Source: Collinsella sp. (lineage in GTDB: Bacteria > Actinomycetota > Coriobacteriia > Coriobacteriales > Coriobacteriaceae). Taken from it: a stretch of 64,000 bases of DNA. The position numbers and the translations under genes were made by a program. Location of the stretch: NCBI GenBank assembly GCA_036313175.1, contig JAXJMO010000020.1:10670-74669 (forward strand), given 5' to 3'. The notes beneath the pieces were generated by a model. The model ran no database searches and was not told the DNA's origin. It saw only the letters and a program-made list of their open reading frames with translations. Positions 17,153-25,780 of this stretch are shown here, one piece after another (the stretch's first letter is position 1; each line of letters starts with the position of its first letter).

Positions 17153-19870
17153 ATGGATACTGTCAGCAATTACACCGAAACGCTCGAAAAGGCCGTCCGT
17201 GACCTTCTCGAGCGGCAGGAGGATCTGATCAGGACTGCCTTTACCGACCAGCTTACCGGGCTTGGCAACCGTGGCGGCTTTGCCCGTTCCATCGAGGAGC
17301 TCTGGGAGCAGGACGCCCCCGTTACCATGGCGTTCATCGATATCGACAATCTCAAGCACTGCAACGACGTCTTTGGGCATGACGAGGGCAACCGCTATAT
17401 CTTGCAGGTAAGTCTCTATCTTAAGCTGTATATGAAGGTGGGCGAAGCGGCGTTTCGCATAGGCGGCGACGAGTTTGCCATTCTATCTACGATTGCAACC
17501 GAGGACGACCTCGCCGAACGTCTGAAACACTGCCGAACGGTTCTGCTCAAAAACAACGATTCCGAGATGCCCCACTCGTTTAGCTACGGAGTGTCACATG
17601 CCGACCCCGCCCTGGGCGAAGCTTCCAATCGCATGACGCTCGATGCCGACCATCGCATGTACGACTACAAGCTACGTCATGCCATGCACCTCGATCGACG
17701 CAATATCACGCAAGTTCACGCCGACGACTTCGAAATAAGCGATCGAATTTTTGACGCCTTTTCGATGCTCAACGAGGGCCGTTATTTCTTTATCGAGAAC
17801 TTGGACAAACATCGCACCCTTTGGTCACAAGGCGCCTTGCGCGACCTTGGCCTTCCCTCGGAGCACATAGACAACTGTCGCGATTACTGGAAAACGCGCG
17901 TCCATCCCGACGACCTTGAGGCCTGCATCAACGACATCGACCAAGTCTACAACGGCACCAAGCACCGTCGCGTCATGCAGTATCGTGTGCGCAACGCCGT
18001 CGGCGACTACGTCCTTTGCCGTGCCCGCGGGTTTCGTATCGACGGCGACGGAAATGTCCCCTCGCTCTATGTCGGCGAGCTCGTCAACCACTCACTTGCC
18101 GAAACCGTCGACGCCGCCACAGGCCTCGGAACGCAGCGCATGCTGGCCAACGCCATCGATGCCTGCCGTCGCGACCGTTGCGAGACAGGGCTTATAGCGG
18201 TGCGCGTTCGTGGCACGACAAAGCTCAACGAGCTCTACGGGGCCGAGGCTGTCGACAACATGCTTGCCGAATACGCAGGCCGCATGCTGTCGATCACCCG
18301 CGGCAGGAGCCGGGTCTACCGTTCACGAAGCGTCCAGTTCGTCGTGCTCAGCAACGACCTAGACCACGAGGCATTCGAGCAACTGACCCGCCACCTTAAA
18401 GAGGCCGTTTTCGCCCCTGTTCGAATCGCAGGCGACACCATTACTCCCGTCTGCCTTGTCGTCCCGGCCTTTTACGAGCACTTAACCCATCAAGCGACCG
18501 CCGTTTTAGGCGAACTCGACCGTCGCCTTCGCACGGCCGGCGGGCTTGTTCCCAACGACAGCCTCCCTATACCCGAGGTCGAACGCAAAAGCGCAATCGC
18601 CGAACGCATCGATATGCTCACGGGCCTCTATCGACCCAGCGAGTTTATGCGGCGCGCCAACGCATTTCTCGAGGCAAGGCGCGACGGCACCTGGTGCATC
18701 GCCACGGTCGACATGGGCCACATGCGCCTGTTTAATGAATGGCACGGCCAGGCCGAGGGCGACCGCGTACTCGCCGATGTGGGCACGGTCCTCAAGGACA
18801 TCGAGAATGCCGATATGGGCGTCGCAGGGTACTGGGGCCAAGATGACTTTTGCGTACTCATCCCTTTTAAGCACATCACCGTCCATCAAATCTACAACCG
18901 CGTTCGCGCCGCCGTGGCCAAGCATGATGATGGCGTAGGCTTCTGGCCGTCCATGGGCGTTTACCCCATCGACTCCAATGAGGAAATCACCATCGATGCG
19001 CAGGCCAAGGCCATGTTTACCAATCGACGCGCCAAAAACGACTTTAAGGAGCGCATTGCCGTTTTCCGCCCCGAGGAATATGAGCATGAGGTTGCGTTCC
19101 ACCACACGCTAACCGAGTTCCAGTATGCGCTCTCAAACGGCCGCATCACGTACTACCTGCAGCCCCAGGTCGACATGGAAACCGGCGAGATCATTGGCGC
19201 CGAGGCACTCACGCGCTGGATTGACAAGGACGGTTCTCTCATTTCGCCCGCAACGTTTATCCCCGCACTCGAGGAAAGCGGCTTTGTGGTGACGCTCGAC
19301 AAGTACATTTGGCAGGGTGTCGCCTCGTGGCTGCGCGAACGCATCAATCGAGGACTTCGTGTGGTTCCGGTTTCGCTTAATGTGTCGCGCGTGGATATCC
19401 TTGCCTGCGATGTGGCCGAGCATATGGGGGCGCTTGCCGCCCAATACAACCTACCGCCCGAGCTCATGCGTATCGAGATCACTGAGACGGCTTATACGGG
19501 AGAGTCCGAGGCCGTGGACAAACTGACGGCCGACCTGCACACCCGCGGCTTCTCGACCTATATGGACGATTTTGGCACCGGCCAGTCCACGCTCGCGATG
19601 CTCAAGAACGTCAACGTCGACGTCATCAAGCTCGACCGCACCTTTGTGCCCACCGACCGTGATCAAGGCCGCAGCACGCAAATCATTTCATCGATGCTCG
19701 AAATGGCGCAGTCGCTCCATCTGCCCGTCGTGGTCGAAGGCGTCGAGACAGATGAGCAGGCGAACATGCTACGACAAATGGGCGCCCGCTACGCTCAGGG
19801 CTTCCTCTACTACCGCCCCATACCGGCGAAGGATTTTGAGGCATTGCTCGATGGCGGCAATAACAACTGA
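17153..19870 (+). CDS. multidomain c-di-GMP protein: GGDEF - PAS - degenerate GGDEF-like x2 - EAL
   Basis: The N-terminal domain has LTGLGNRGGF...FRIGGDEFAIL (intact GGDEF). The PAS-like region is RYFFIENLD...VHPDDLE. Two later cyclase-like folds have SVQFVVL and GQDDF in place of GGDEF. The C-terminal EAL domain carries EALTRW, EITE, DDFGTGQS and EGVET. Confidence 0.85.
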   Translation: MDTVSNYTETLEKAVRDLLERQEDLIRTAFTDQLTGLGNRGGFARSIEELWEQDAPVTMAFIDIDNLKHCNDVFGHDEGNRYILQVSLYLKLYMKVGEAAFRIGGDEFAILSTIATEDDLAERLKHCRTVLLKNNDSEMPHSFSYGVSHADPALGEASNRMTLDADHRMYDYKLRHAMHLDRRNITQVHADDFEISDRIFDAFSMLNEGRYFFIENLDKHRTLWSQGALRDLGLPSEHIDNCRDYWKTRVHPDDLEACINDIDQVYNGTKHRRVMQYRVRNAVGDYVLCRARGFRIDGDGNVPSLYVGELVNHSLAETVDAATGLGTQRMLANAIDACRRDRCETGLIAVRVRGTTKLNELYGAEAVDNMLAEYAGRMLSITRGRSRVYRSRSVQFVVLSNDLDHEAFEQLTRHLKEAVFAPVRIAGDTITPVCLVVPAFYEHLTHQATAVLGELDRRLRTAGGLVPNDSLPIPEVERKSAIAERIDMLTGLYRPSEFMRRANAFLEARRDGTWCIATVDMGHMRLFNEWHGQAEGDRVLADVGTVLKDIENADMGVAGYWGQDDFCVLIPFKHITVHQIYNRVRAAVAKHDDGVGFWPSMGVYPIDSNEEITIDAQAKAMFTNRRAKNDFKERIAVFRPEEYEHEVAFHHTLTEFQYALSNGRITYYLQPQVDMETGEIIGAEALTRWIDKDGSLISPATFIPALEESGFVVTLDKYIWQGVASWLRERINRGLRVVPVSLNVSRVDILACDVAEHMGALAAQYNLPPELMRIEITETAYTGESEAVDKLTADLHTRGFSTYMDDFGTGQSTLAMLKNVNVDVIKLDRTFVPTDRDQGRSTQIISSMLEMAQSLHLPVVVEGVETDEQANMLRQMGARYAQGFLYYRPIPAKDFEALLDGGNNN

Positions 19871-19927
19871 TTCGCTCGCGCGCAAAACGCCACCGTCGAA
19901 GGGGCATTTGTCTCCATTAGCTAACTT

Positions 19928-19958
19928 ATATCCCCAATTCAAACCGAATTGGGGATAT
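19928..19958. repeat. hairpin ATATCCCCAATTC-AAACC-GAATTGGGGATAT
   Basis: 13-bp perfect arms, 58 bp after the GGDEF-EAL stop, with no T-tract. It shares the ATCCCCA/TGGGGAT core with the palindrome at 4117-4140. Confidence 0.7.
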
Positions 19959-19996
19959 GATACAAACCGTTGTTCCGCCCAAGGAGGTTATCCATC

Positions 19997-21526
19997 ATGA
20001 ACGAGTCATATCGCCTGGGTGAGCAATCGATTATTGCCTATCTTCAGCGACTTGCGAATGGCATCTCGACTGCCAAACTCGATGTTGCCGCGCTACCTGC
20101 TGAACTACGCGCCGTTGGCGAGCAACTGCAAAAGACGCATGCCATCCTGCAACAAGAGCGCCGGCTGCTTGAGAGCAACGCCTATATCGACCCGCTCACC
20201 AACTTGGGCAACCGCAGCGGACTCGACCGTCACGTCGAGCAACTCTGGCGCAAAGGCGACCCCTTCACCTGCGCCTATATTGACATCGACCATCTCAAAC
20301 ATTGCAATGATAGGTTTGGCCACGCCGAAGGCAATCGCTATATTCTGAGCATCTGCCGCACGCTCTCCGAAACCATGGAGCAAGATGAGATGCTGTTCCG
20401 CATCGGTGGAGACGAATTTGTGCTTATCTCGCTCTCCGCAAACGAGACTGAACTCGAGCAGCGCTTGGAGCAGGTACGTGCCGGGCTGATCGAGGCGAGC
20501 TCAGGTGGCAAGGCGCCCATGATCGCCAGCTTTAGCTTTGGCTGCTCGCGCGTCGATCCACTTGCCGGCGACACGCGTCGCCAGATGACGATGGATGCCG
20601 ATCGCAAGATGTATCGCTATAAGCTTATGCATCGCGTGCAGCAGCCGAAAGACGATGACGCGCCGCAACGCCCAATCGTCGACCAGCTTCCCTGCAACGA
20701 CCGGGTGTTCCAAGCGATCTCCATGAGCTCCGAGACGCGCTATCCGTTTATCCTCAATCTCGATACTGGAGAATCGCAATGGTCGGTCAACGCCGTGCGC
20801 GATTTTGACCTGCCCTCCCAGCACCCTTTTAACTCGGTCGATATGTGGCTTGCCCGCGTTCATCCCGAGGACCGCGACAACGTACGCGCCGAGCTCGACA
20901 TGGTGATAAACGGCACGTGGCACTTCCACTACATGCAGTATCGCGTAATGGATGCCACCGGAAAATACGTGCTTTGCGACTGCACGGGCTACCGCTTGGA
21001 CGGCACCGATACCGAGCCCAGCATGTATGTGGGCATTATCATCAACCGAAGCCTAGCAGATACGACCGACTCGGTAACGGGCCTGGGCGATGTCCACGCG
21101 CTGGTCAACGCTATTGGAGAGATGCGCCGCGTGGCGCGCGAGGCAGGCTTTATTGCCATTAAGGTCGACGATATCGCCGAGGTCAATGCCCGCTTTGGAT
21201 TCGATGCAGGCGACCGCGTGCTCGCCGAAAGCGCCGCCTGCCTCATGGATTGTTCGCGCGGCAAGGGCCGCCTGTTCCGCTCGACGGGGCCGATGTTCGT
21301 GGCACTCTTCGATGAACTCGGCCCCGAGGCAATCGACGAGATCGCAAGCGACATCGAACGGTTCCTGGGTTCTCCTGTGCTCATCGGCTCGCTTGAATAT
21401 CAGCCGCCCATTCGCGTGGCCACGCTTCATCTGGACGGCGTCGACCGTCAGCCCGTTTCCATTTTGAACGAGCTCAAAGCGTTGCTCGGGAAAGCCGTGC
21501 AGGTGCCAGGTACCAAACTGGATTAG
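19997..21526 (+). CDS. GGDEF - PAS - degenerate GGDEF-like protein (paralog of the N-terminal two-thirds of the upstream gene)
   Basis: LTNLGNRSGL...FRIGGDEFVLIS, a PAS-like RYPFILNLD...VHPEDRD region, then a degenerate fold (GPMFVAL). The ATG at 19997 lies 9 nt after AAGGAGG. Confidence 0.85.
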   Translation: MNESYRLGEQSIIAYLQRLANGISTAKLDVAALPAELRAVGEQLQKTHAILQQERRLLESNAYIDPLTNLGNRSGLDRHVEQLWRKGDPFTCAYIDIDHLKHCNDRFGHAEGNRYILSICRTLSETMEQDEMLFRIGGDEFVLISLSANETELEQRLEQVRAGLIEASSGGKAPMIASFSFGCSRVDPLAGDTRRQMTMDADRKMYRYKLMHRVQQPKDDDAPQRPIVDQLPCNDRVFQAISMSSETRYPFILNLDTGESQWSVNAVRDFDLPSQHPFNSVDMWLARVHPEDRDNVRAELDMVINGTWHFHYMQYRVMDATGKYVLCDCTGYRLDGTDTEPSMYVGIIINRSLADTTDSVTGLGDVHALVNAIGEMRRVAREAGFIAIKVDDIAEVNARFGFDAGDRVLAESAACLMDCSRGKGRLFRSTGPMFVALFDELGPEAIDEIASDIERFLGSPVLIGSLEYQPPIRVATLHLDGVDRQPVSILNELKALLGKAVQVPGTKLD

Positions 21527-21600
21527 CGCCGCGCCCGCGCCGCCTCCCCCATCGTGCGATAATCCTCTGCAGAAGTCACCAAAAGCAGAGGGAGTTTGTG

Positions 21601-22224
21601 ATGAAGGTTCTTTTAGTCAATGGCAGCCCCAAGGCAAACGGCAACACCGCCCGCGCACTCGCCGAGATCGCCGAGCAGCTCAATGCCGAAGGTATTGATA
21701 CCGAGGTGTTTCAGCTGGGCGCCAAGCCCATTCGCGACTGCATCGGCTGCGGTCAGTGCGGCAAGCTTGGCGGTCGCTGCACCTTTGACGATGACGTGGT
21801 GAACGAGCTCATCGCTGCCGCCGAGCAGGCAGACGGCTTTGTCTTTGGCTCGCCCGTCTACTATGCGCATCCCAGCGGACGCATCCTCTCGGCACTCGAT
21901 CGCGCATTCTATGCCGGCAGCAAAGCCTTTGCACACAAGCCGGGCGCTGCCGTCGCCGTTGCCCGTCGCGGCGGCACGTCGACCACCTTCGACGTGCTCA
22001 ATAAGTACTTCACCATCAACCAGATGCCCGTGGTTGCTTCCACGTACTGGAACAACGTGTTTGGCGCCATGCCGGGCGAGGCCGCCCAGGACGCCGAGGG
22101 CCTTGCCACCATGCGAAACATCGGCAAGAACATGGCCTGGCTCCTGCATTGTATCGAGGCAGGACAGGCCGTCGGCATCGAAGCACCCGAAGCCGATCGC
22201 GAGCGCACCAACTTCATCAGGTAG
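21601..22224 (+). CDS. flavodoxin-like fold NAD(P)H-dependent FMN reductase / iron-sulfur flavoprotein-like
   Basis: MKVLLVNGSPKANGNT N-terminus, CIGCGQCGKLGGRC cysteine cluster and GSPVYY motif. Confidence 0.75.
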   Translation: MKVLLVNGSPKANGNTARALAEIAEQLNAEGIDTEVFQLGAKPIRDCIGCGQCGKLGGRCTFDDDVVNELIAAAEQADGFVFGSPVYYAHPSGRILSALDRAFYAGSKAFAHKPGAAVAVARRGGTSTTFDVLNKYFTINQMPVVASTYWNNVFGAMPGEAAQDAEGLATMRNIGKNMAWLLHCIEAGQAVGIEAPEADRERTNFIR

Positions 22225-22241
22225 AACGGCGGAACAAATAC

Positions 22242-22583
22242 ATGAACGTGCAAATTTTTGGCACCAAGAAGTCCTTCGACACCAAGAAGGCACAGCGTTA
22301 TTTTAAGGAGCGCCGCATTAAGGTGCAGTTTATCGACCTTAAGGAAAAGGAGATGAGCAAGGGCGAGCTCACGAGCGTGATGCAGGCGGTCGGCGGTATC
22401 GACAAGCTGCTCAACCCCAAAGCCAAGGACGAGGAAACGCTCGCACTCATCCAGCACCTCACCTCTAGCCAGCGCTTCGACAAGCTACTCGAGAATCAGC
22501 AGGTCTTGGCCGAGCCCATCGTGCGCAACGGCAAAAAGGCCACCGTCGGTTATTGCCCCGATGTATGGGGAGCCTGGGAGTAG
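22242..22583 (+). CDS. ArsC/Spx/YffB-family thioredoxin-fold protein with Ser at the conserved Cys position
   Basis: MNVQIFGTKKSFDTKKAQRYFKERRIKVQFIDL...EPIVRNGKKATVGY. This is the family-typical layout, but the N-terminal Cys is Ser11. The ATG at 22242 is internal to the track ORF that starts at 22149. Confidence 0.65.
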   Translation: MNVQIFGTKKSFDTKKAQRYFKERRIKVQFIDLKEKEMSKGELTSVMQAVGGIDKLLNPKAKDEETLALIQHLTSSQRFDKLLENQQVLAEPIVRNGKKATVGYCPDVWGAWE

Positions 22584-22669
22584 CCTGTGTTATTTGCCAG
22601 CGCGTGGGTATAAGAGCAGGCGTTTGGCATATGATTCAACTGTAAGCCATGTCTAACAAAGGAGGGCAC

Positions 22670-23800
22670 ATGCCCAACAAACCCGTAAAGATCATCATGC
22701 TTACCGGCTACCTCGGTGCCGGCAAGACCACATTGCTCAACCACATCCTCGCCAACGACGGCGGCATCCGCGCCGCCGTGATCGTCAATGATATCGGCGA
22801 GATCAACGTCGATGCCAGCCTCATCGCCGACGGCGGCCTTTCCGAGACCGACGACCTCATCCCGCTCACCAACGGCTGCATCTGCTGCACGCTTTCGGAC
22901 GACCTTGCCAACCAGCTGCAGGGCATCGCCGATTCGGACGACTTCGATTACATCATCATCGAGGCCTCGGGCATTTGCGAGCCCATCCCCATCGCCTACA
23001 CCATCTCGAGCTTCTGCGACGCGGCCAAGGTGGGCGGCGAACCCAAGCTCGCGCTCGACAACATCGTGGCCGTAGTCGATTGCGCCCGCATGTACGACGA
23101 GTTCAACGGCGGTCGCGACCTGCTGGCCGAGGATATCGACGAGGACGACATCGAAAGCCTGCTCATCCAGCAGATCGAGTTCTGCTCCACACTGATCCTC
23201 AACAAGACCGATACCGTGAGCCCCGAGCAGATAGCCGAGCTCAAGGCCATCGTGCGCAGCTTGCAGAAAGACGCCATGATCGTCGAGGCTCAAAACGGCG
23301 AGGTCCCCATGGAGGAGTTGCTCGACACCGACCGCTTCGACTTTATGCGCGCCTACAACTCCGCCGCCTGGATCGAGGCCATGGAGCATCCCGAGGAGCA
23401 CGACGACCCCGAGGTGCTCGAGTACGACATCGAGACCTTTGTTTACTCGCGCCGCAAACCGTTTGACCTGCAGAAGTTCACCGATTTTGTTGAGCAGGAG
23501 TGGCCCGACGAGGTCATTCGCGTCAAGGGTCCGTTGTGGCAGACCGGCGATCCGGACATGTGCTACATGTTTGAGCAGGCCGGCCACCAGATGCGCCTGA
23601 TGGAGAACGGCCTGTTTGTCGACTCGGCGCCCGAGGGCGAGAAGCAGAAGATCATCGATGAGAACCCCGAAATCATGCAGATTTGGGACGACGAGACGGG
23701 CGACCGCATGACGAGCCTGTGCATCATCGGCCGTCACATGGACAAGGATGCGCTCATCGCCTCCCTCGATGCCTGCCTGACCGACTGGCACCGCGCCTAG
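22670..23800 (+). CDS. CobW/COG0523 family GTPase (putative metallochaperone)
   Basis: GYLGAGKTTLLNHIL P-loop, CICCTL (CxCC) motif and an acidic His-containing C-terminal region. The ATG at 22670 follows AAAGGAGGG. Confidence 0.85.
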   Translation: MPNKPVKIIMLTGYLGAGKTTLLNHILANDGGIRAAVIVNDIGEINVDASLIADGGLSETDDLIPLTNGCICCTLSDDLANQLQGIADSDDFDYIIIEASGICEPIPIAYTISSFCDAAKVGGEPKLALDNIVAVVDCARMYDEFNGGRDLLAEDIDEDDIESLLIQQIEFCSTLILNKTDTVSPEQIAELKAIVRSLQKDAMIVEAQNGEVPMEELLDTDRFDFMRAYNSAAWIEAMEHPEEHDDPEVLEYDIETFVYSRRKPFDLQKFTDFVEQEWPDEVIRVKGPLWQTGDPDMCYMFEQAGHQMRLMENGLFVDSAPEGEKQKIIDENPEIMQIWDDETGDRMTSLCIIGRHMDKDALIASLDACLTDWHRA

Positions 23801-23840
23801 GTTTATCGAAGCGAGCGTTTGCCCGCCCACGTAACCGCTA

Positions 23841-23876
23841 ACCACCACGAAGGCGCCCCTTCGTGGTGGTTTTTCG
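23841..23876 (+). terminator. intrinsic terminator after the COG0523 gene
   Basis: ACCACCACGAAGG (23841-23853) pairs with CCTTCGTGGTGGT (23858-23870), followed by TTTTCGTT. Confidence 0.75.
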
Positions 23877-23895
23877 TTCTATGCCAAGGAGATTC

Positions 23896-24495
23896 ATGTT
23901 CAACATTGTGCTGTATGCGCCCGAGATTCCGGCCAATACGGGCAATATCGGCCGCACCTGCGTGGTTACCGGCGCCCGCCTGCATCTGGTGGAGCCGCTG
24001 GGATTTTCGCTCGACGACAAGACGGTGCGTCGCGCCGGACTGGGCTACTGGCAAAACTTGGACGTGACGACTTATGCCGGCTGGGAGGATTTTCTTGCGC
24101 GTAACGACCTCTCCCCCGCCGACGAGCGCCTGCATCTGCTGACCAAAAAGGCACGCCGTACCTATGCGCAGAGTACCTACCGTGATGGCGACTACTTGGT
24201 CTTTGGCAGCGAGAGCTCGGGCATTCCCGAGCCACTGCTTGCCGCGGCACCCGAGCGCTGCGAGCGCATCCCGATGCTGCGCGATTGTGACTCACTCGAT
24301 AACGCCGAGGCATGGGAAGCCCACGAGGAATCGCTGGGACATACCGAGGACAGCCACGAGGCCATCCTTCGGCAGGATATCTGCGGCAACTTCGTCAATC
24401 CCGACGACTACCGCATCAGCGCCCTCAACCTCTCCAACAGCGCCGCCATCGTCCTCTACGAGGCCCTACGCCAAACAGGCTTTGCAGGGATGTGA
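23896..24495 (+). CDS. trmL: tRNA (cytidine/uridine-34 2'-O)-methyltransferase TrmL (SPOUT) with an internal ~45-aa insertion
   Basis: MFNIVLYAPEIPANTGNIGRTC...LVFGSESSGIP...RIPM[insert]ALNLSNSAAIVLYEALRQ follows the E. coli TrmL layout. The ATG at 23896 follows AAGGAG. The stop TGA at 24493-24495 lies inside palindrome A1. Confidence 0.85.
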   Translation: MFNIVLYAPEIPANTGNIGRTCVVTGARLHLVEPLGFSLDDKTVRRAGLGYWQNLDVTTYAGWEDFLARNDLSPADERLHLLTKKARRTYAQSTYRDGDYLVFGSESSGIPEPLLAAAPERCERIPMLRDCDSLDNAEAWEAHEESLGHTEDSHEAILRQDICGNFVNPDDYRISALNLSNSAAIVLYEALRQTGFAGM

Positions 24496-24520
24496 CAAAG
24501 GAGCTGTCCCTTTGTCACAT
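24490..24520. repeat. palindromic element family A, copy 1 (ATGTGACAAAGG-AGCTGTC-CCTTTGTCACAT)
   Basis: 12-bp arms. 30 of 31 nt are identical to copy 3 at 29474-29504. It contains the trmL stop codon. Confidence 0.8.
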
Positions 24521-24639
24521 TCAAGCGCCACGCCGATGACACACACGCCTAATTGATGCTCCAGATAAAGAGCCCTCACTTTTAATCAGAATTAACTAAA
24601 GTAAAATAAAGTTAAACGGCGGTGTGAAAGGAGAGCCGT

Positions 24640-25740
24640 GTGAAATATCTCGAGAACCCGTTTACCCCTAGCTTTGGCGAGGTTCCTGCCCATCTCGCTG
24701 GCAGACAACAGATTATTCGGGATTTGGACCGTGCCTTCTTGAGCCAGCGCAGGCGCCCAGAATTGACCTCGATCTTCTCAGGCGCGCGTGGAACCGGTAA
24801 AACCGCTCTCATGTCGTCGCTCGCGACAAGGGCGGAATCCCACGGCTGGATAGCCGTAGAGACGACCGCGCTCCCGGGAATGCTTGAGGAAATCGAGCTC
24901 GGGACGAAACGCGCCGCAGCCCATCTCATCGACTCGTCCAACCACTTCGAAGTCACCGGTCTCGGAATTGCACCGCTCGGCAGCATCGAGGTCAGTCGCG
25001 TTCACGATGCCTCAACCTGGCGTTATCGCATGAGCGACATCATCGACCAGCTCAACGAGGCGGGCACCGGTCTGCTCGTCACGGTTGACGAGGTGGACCC
25101 GACACTCGACGAGATGATCCAACTCGCAGCCACGTATCAGCACTTTGTGACCGATGGGAAACGCGTCGCTCTGCTCATGGCGGGACTTCCCAACAACGTC
25201 TCGACGTTGCTGAACCACAAGACGGTCTCGTTCCTTCGCCGCGCCCAACAATATCATCTGGGTCGCATTGCCGACTATGACGTGCGCGAGGCCTTGATTC
25301 GCACAATTCAGGAAAACGATCGCCTGGCAGATGCTGAGGGAATCGATAGAGCCGTTCGCTCGATCTCTGGTTTTCCCTTCCTATTGCAACTCGTAGGCTA
25401 CCGTGCCTGGGATCTCACAAGCGATTCGAAGGAAATCTCGTCACGCGACTTTGACCTGGGAATCAAAATCGCGCGCGACGAGATGGACGACCGAATCCTC
25501 GCGGCAACCTATCGGAAACTCACTGCAGAGGACAAGCGATTCCTCATCGCCATGCTCGATGACGAGGAAGAGTCCACCACCGCTGACCTTGTCGTGCGCC
25601 TTAGGCGTTCGCCGCAGCAGGTCTCCCGCTACCGACGCCGCATGATAGACGCCGGCATCATCGGGGAGCGAGGACGAGGGCTCGTCGCATTTGAATTGCC
25701 ATTCTTCCGCGACTATCTCTCCGCTCAGTGCGTGAAATAG
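24640..25740 (+). CDS. AAA-type ATP-binding protein (archaeal-ATPase/ORC-like fold) with a C-terminal winged-helix region
   Basis: NPFTPSFGEVPAHLAGRQ N-terminus, Walker A GARGTGKT, Walker B LLVTVDEV, and a C-terminal RFLIAML...VSRYRRRMIDAGII wHTH-like segment. GTG start 5 nt after GAAAGGAGAG. Paralog of 28290-29405. Confidence 0.7.
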   Translation: MKYLENPFTPSFGEVPAHLAGRQQIIRDLDRAFLSQRRRPELTSIFSGARGTGKTALMSSLATRAESHGWIAVETTALPGMLEEIELGTKRAAAHLIDSSNHFEVTGLGIAPLGSIEVSRVHDASTWRYRMSDIIDQLNEAGTGLLVTVDEVDPTLDEMIQLAATYQHFVTDGKRVALLMAGLPNNVSTLLNHKTVSFLRRAQQYHLGRIADYDVREALIRTIQENDRLADAEGIDRAVRSISGFPFLLQLVGYRAWDLTSDSKEISSRDFDLGIKIARDEMDDRILAATYRKLTAEDKRFLIAMLDDEEESTTADLVVRLRRSPQQVSRYRRRMIDAGIIGERGRGLVAFELPFFRDYLSAQCVK

Positions 25741-25744
25741 GCAT

Positions 25745-25779
25745 CAATGAGGCAAAGGGACTGTCCCTTTGCCTCATTG
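25745..25779. repeat. palindromic element family A, copy 2 (CAATGAGGCAAAGGGA-CTG-TCCCTTTGCCTCATTG)
   Basis: 16-bp perfect arms between the convergent ATPase and UvrA-like genes. Arm differences from the other copies are compensated in both arms. Confidence 0.8.
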
Positions 25780-25780
25780 T

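Noticed and set aside
22550-23848. 432-aa minus-strand ORF
   Set aside because: Antisense shadow of the COG0523 GTPase gene. The product is a repetitive Val/Gly/Asp/Ala sequence.
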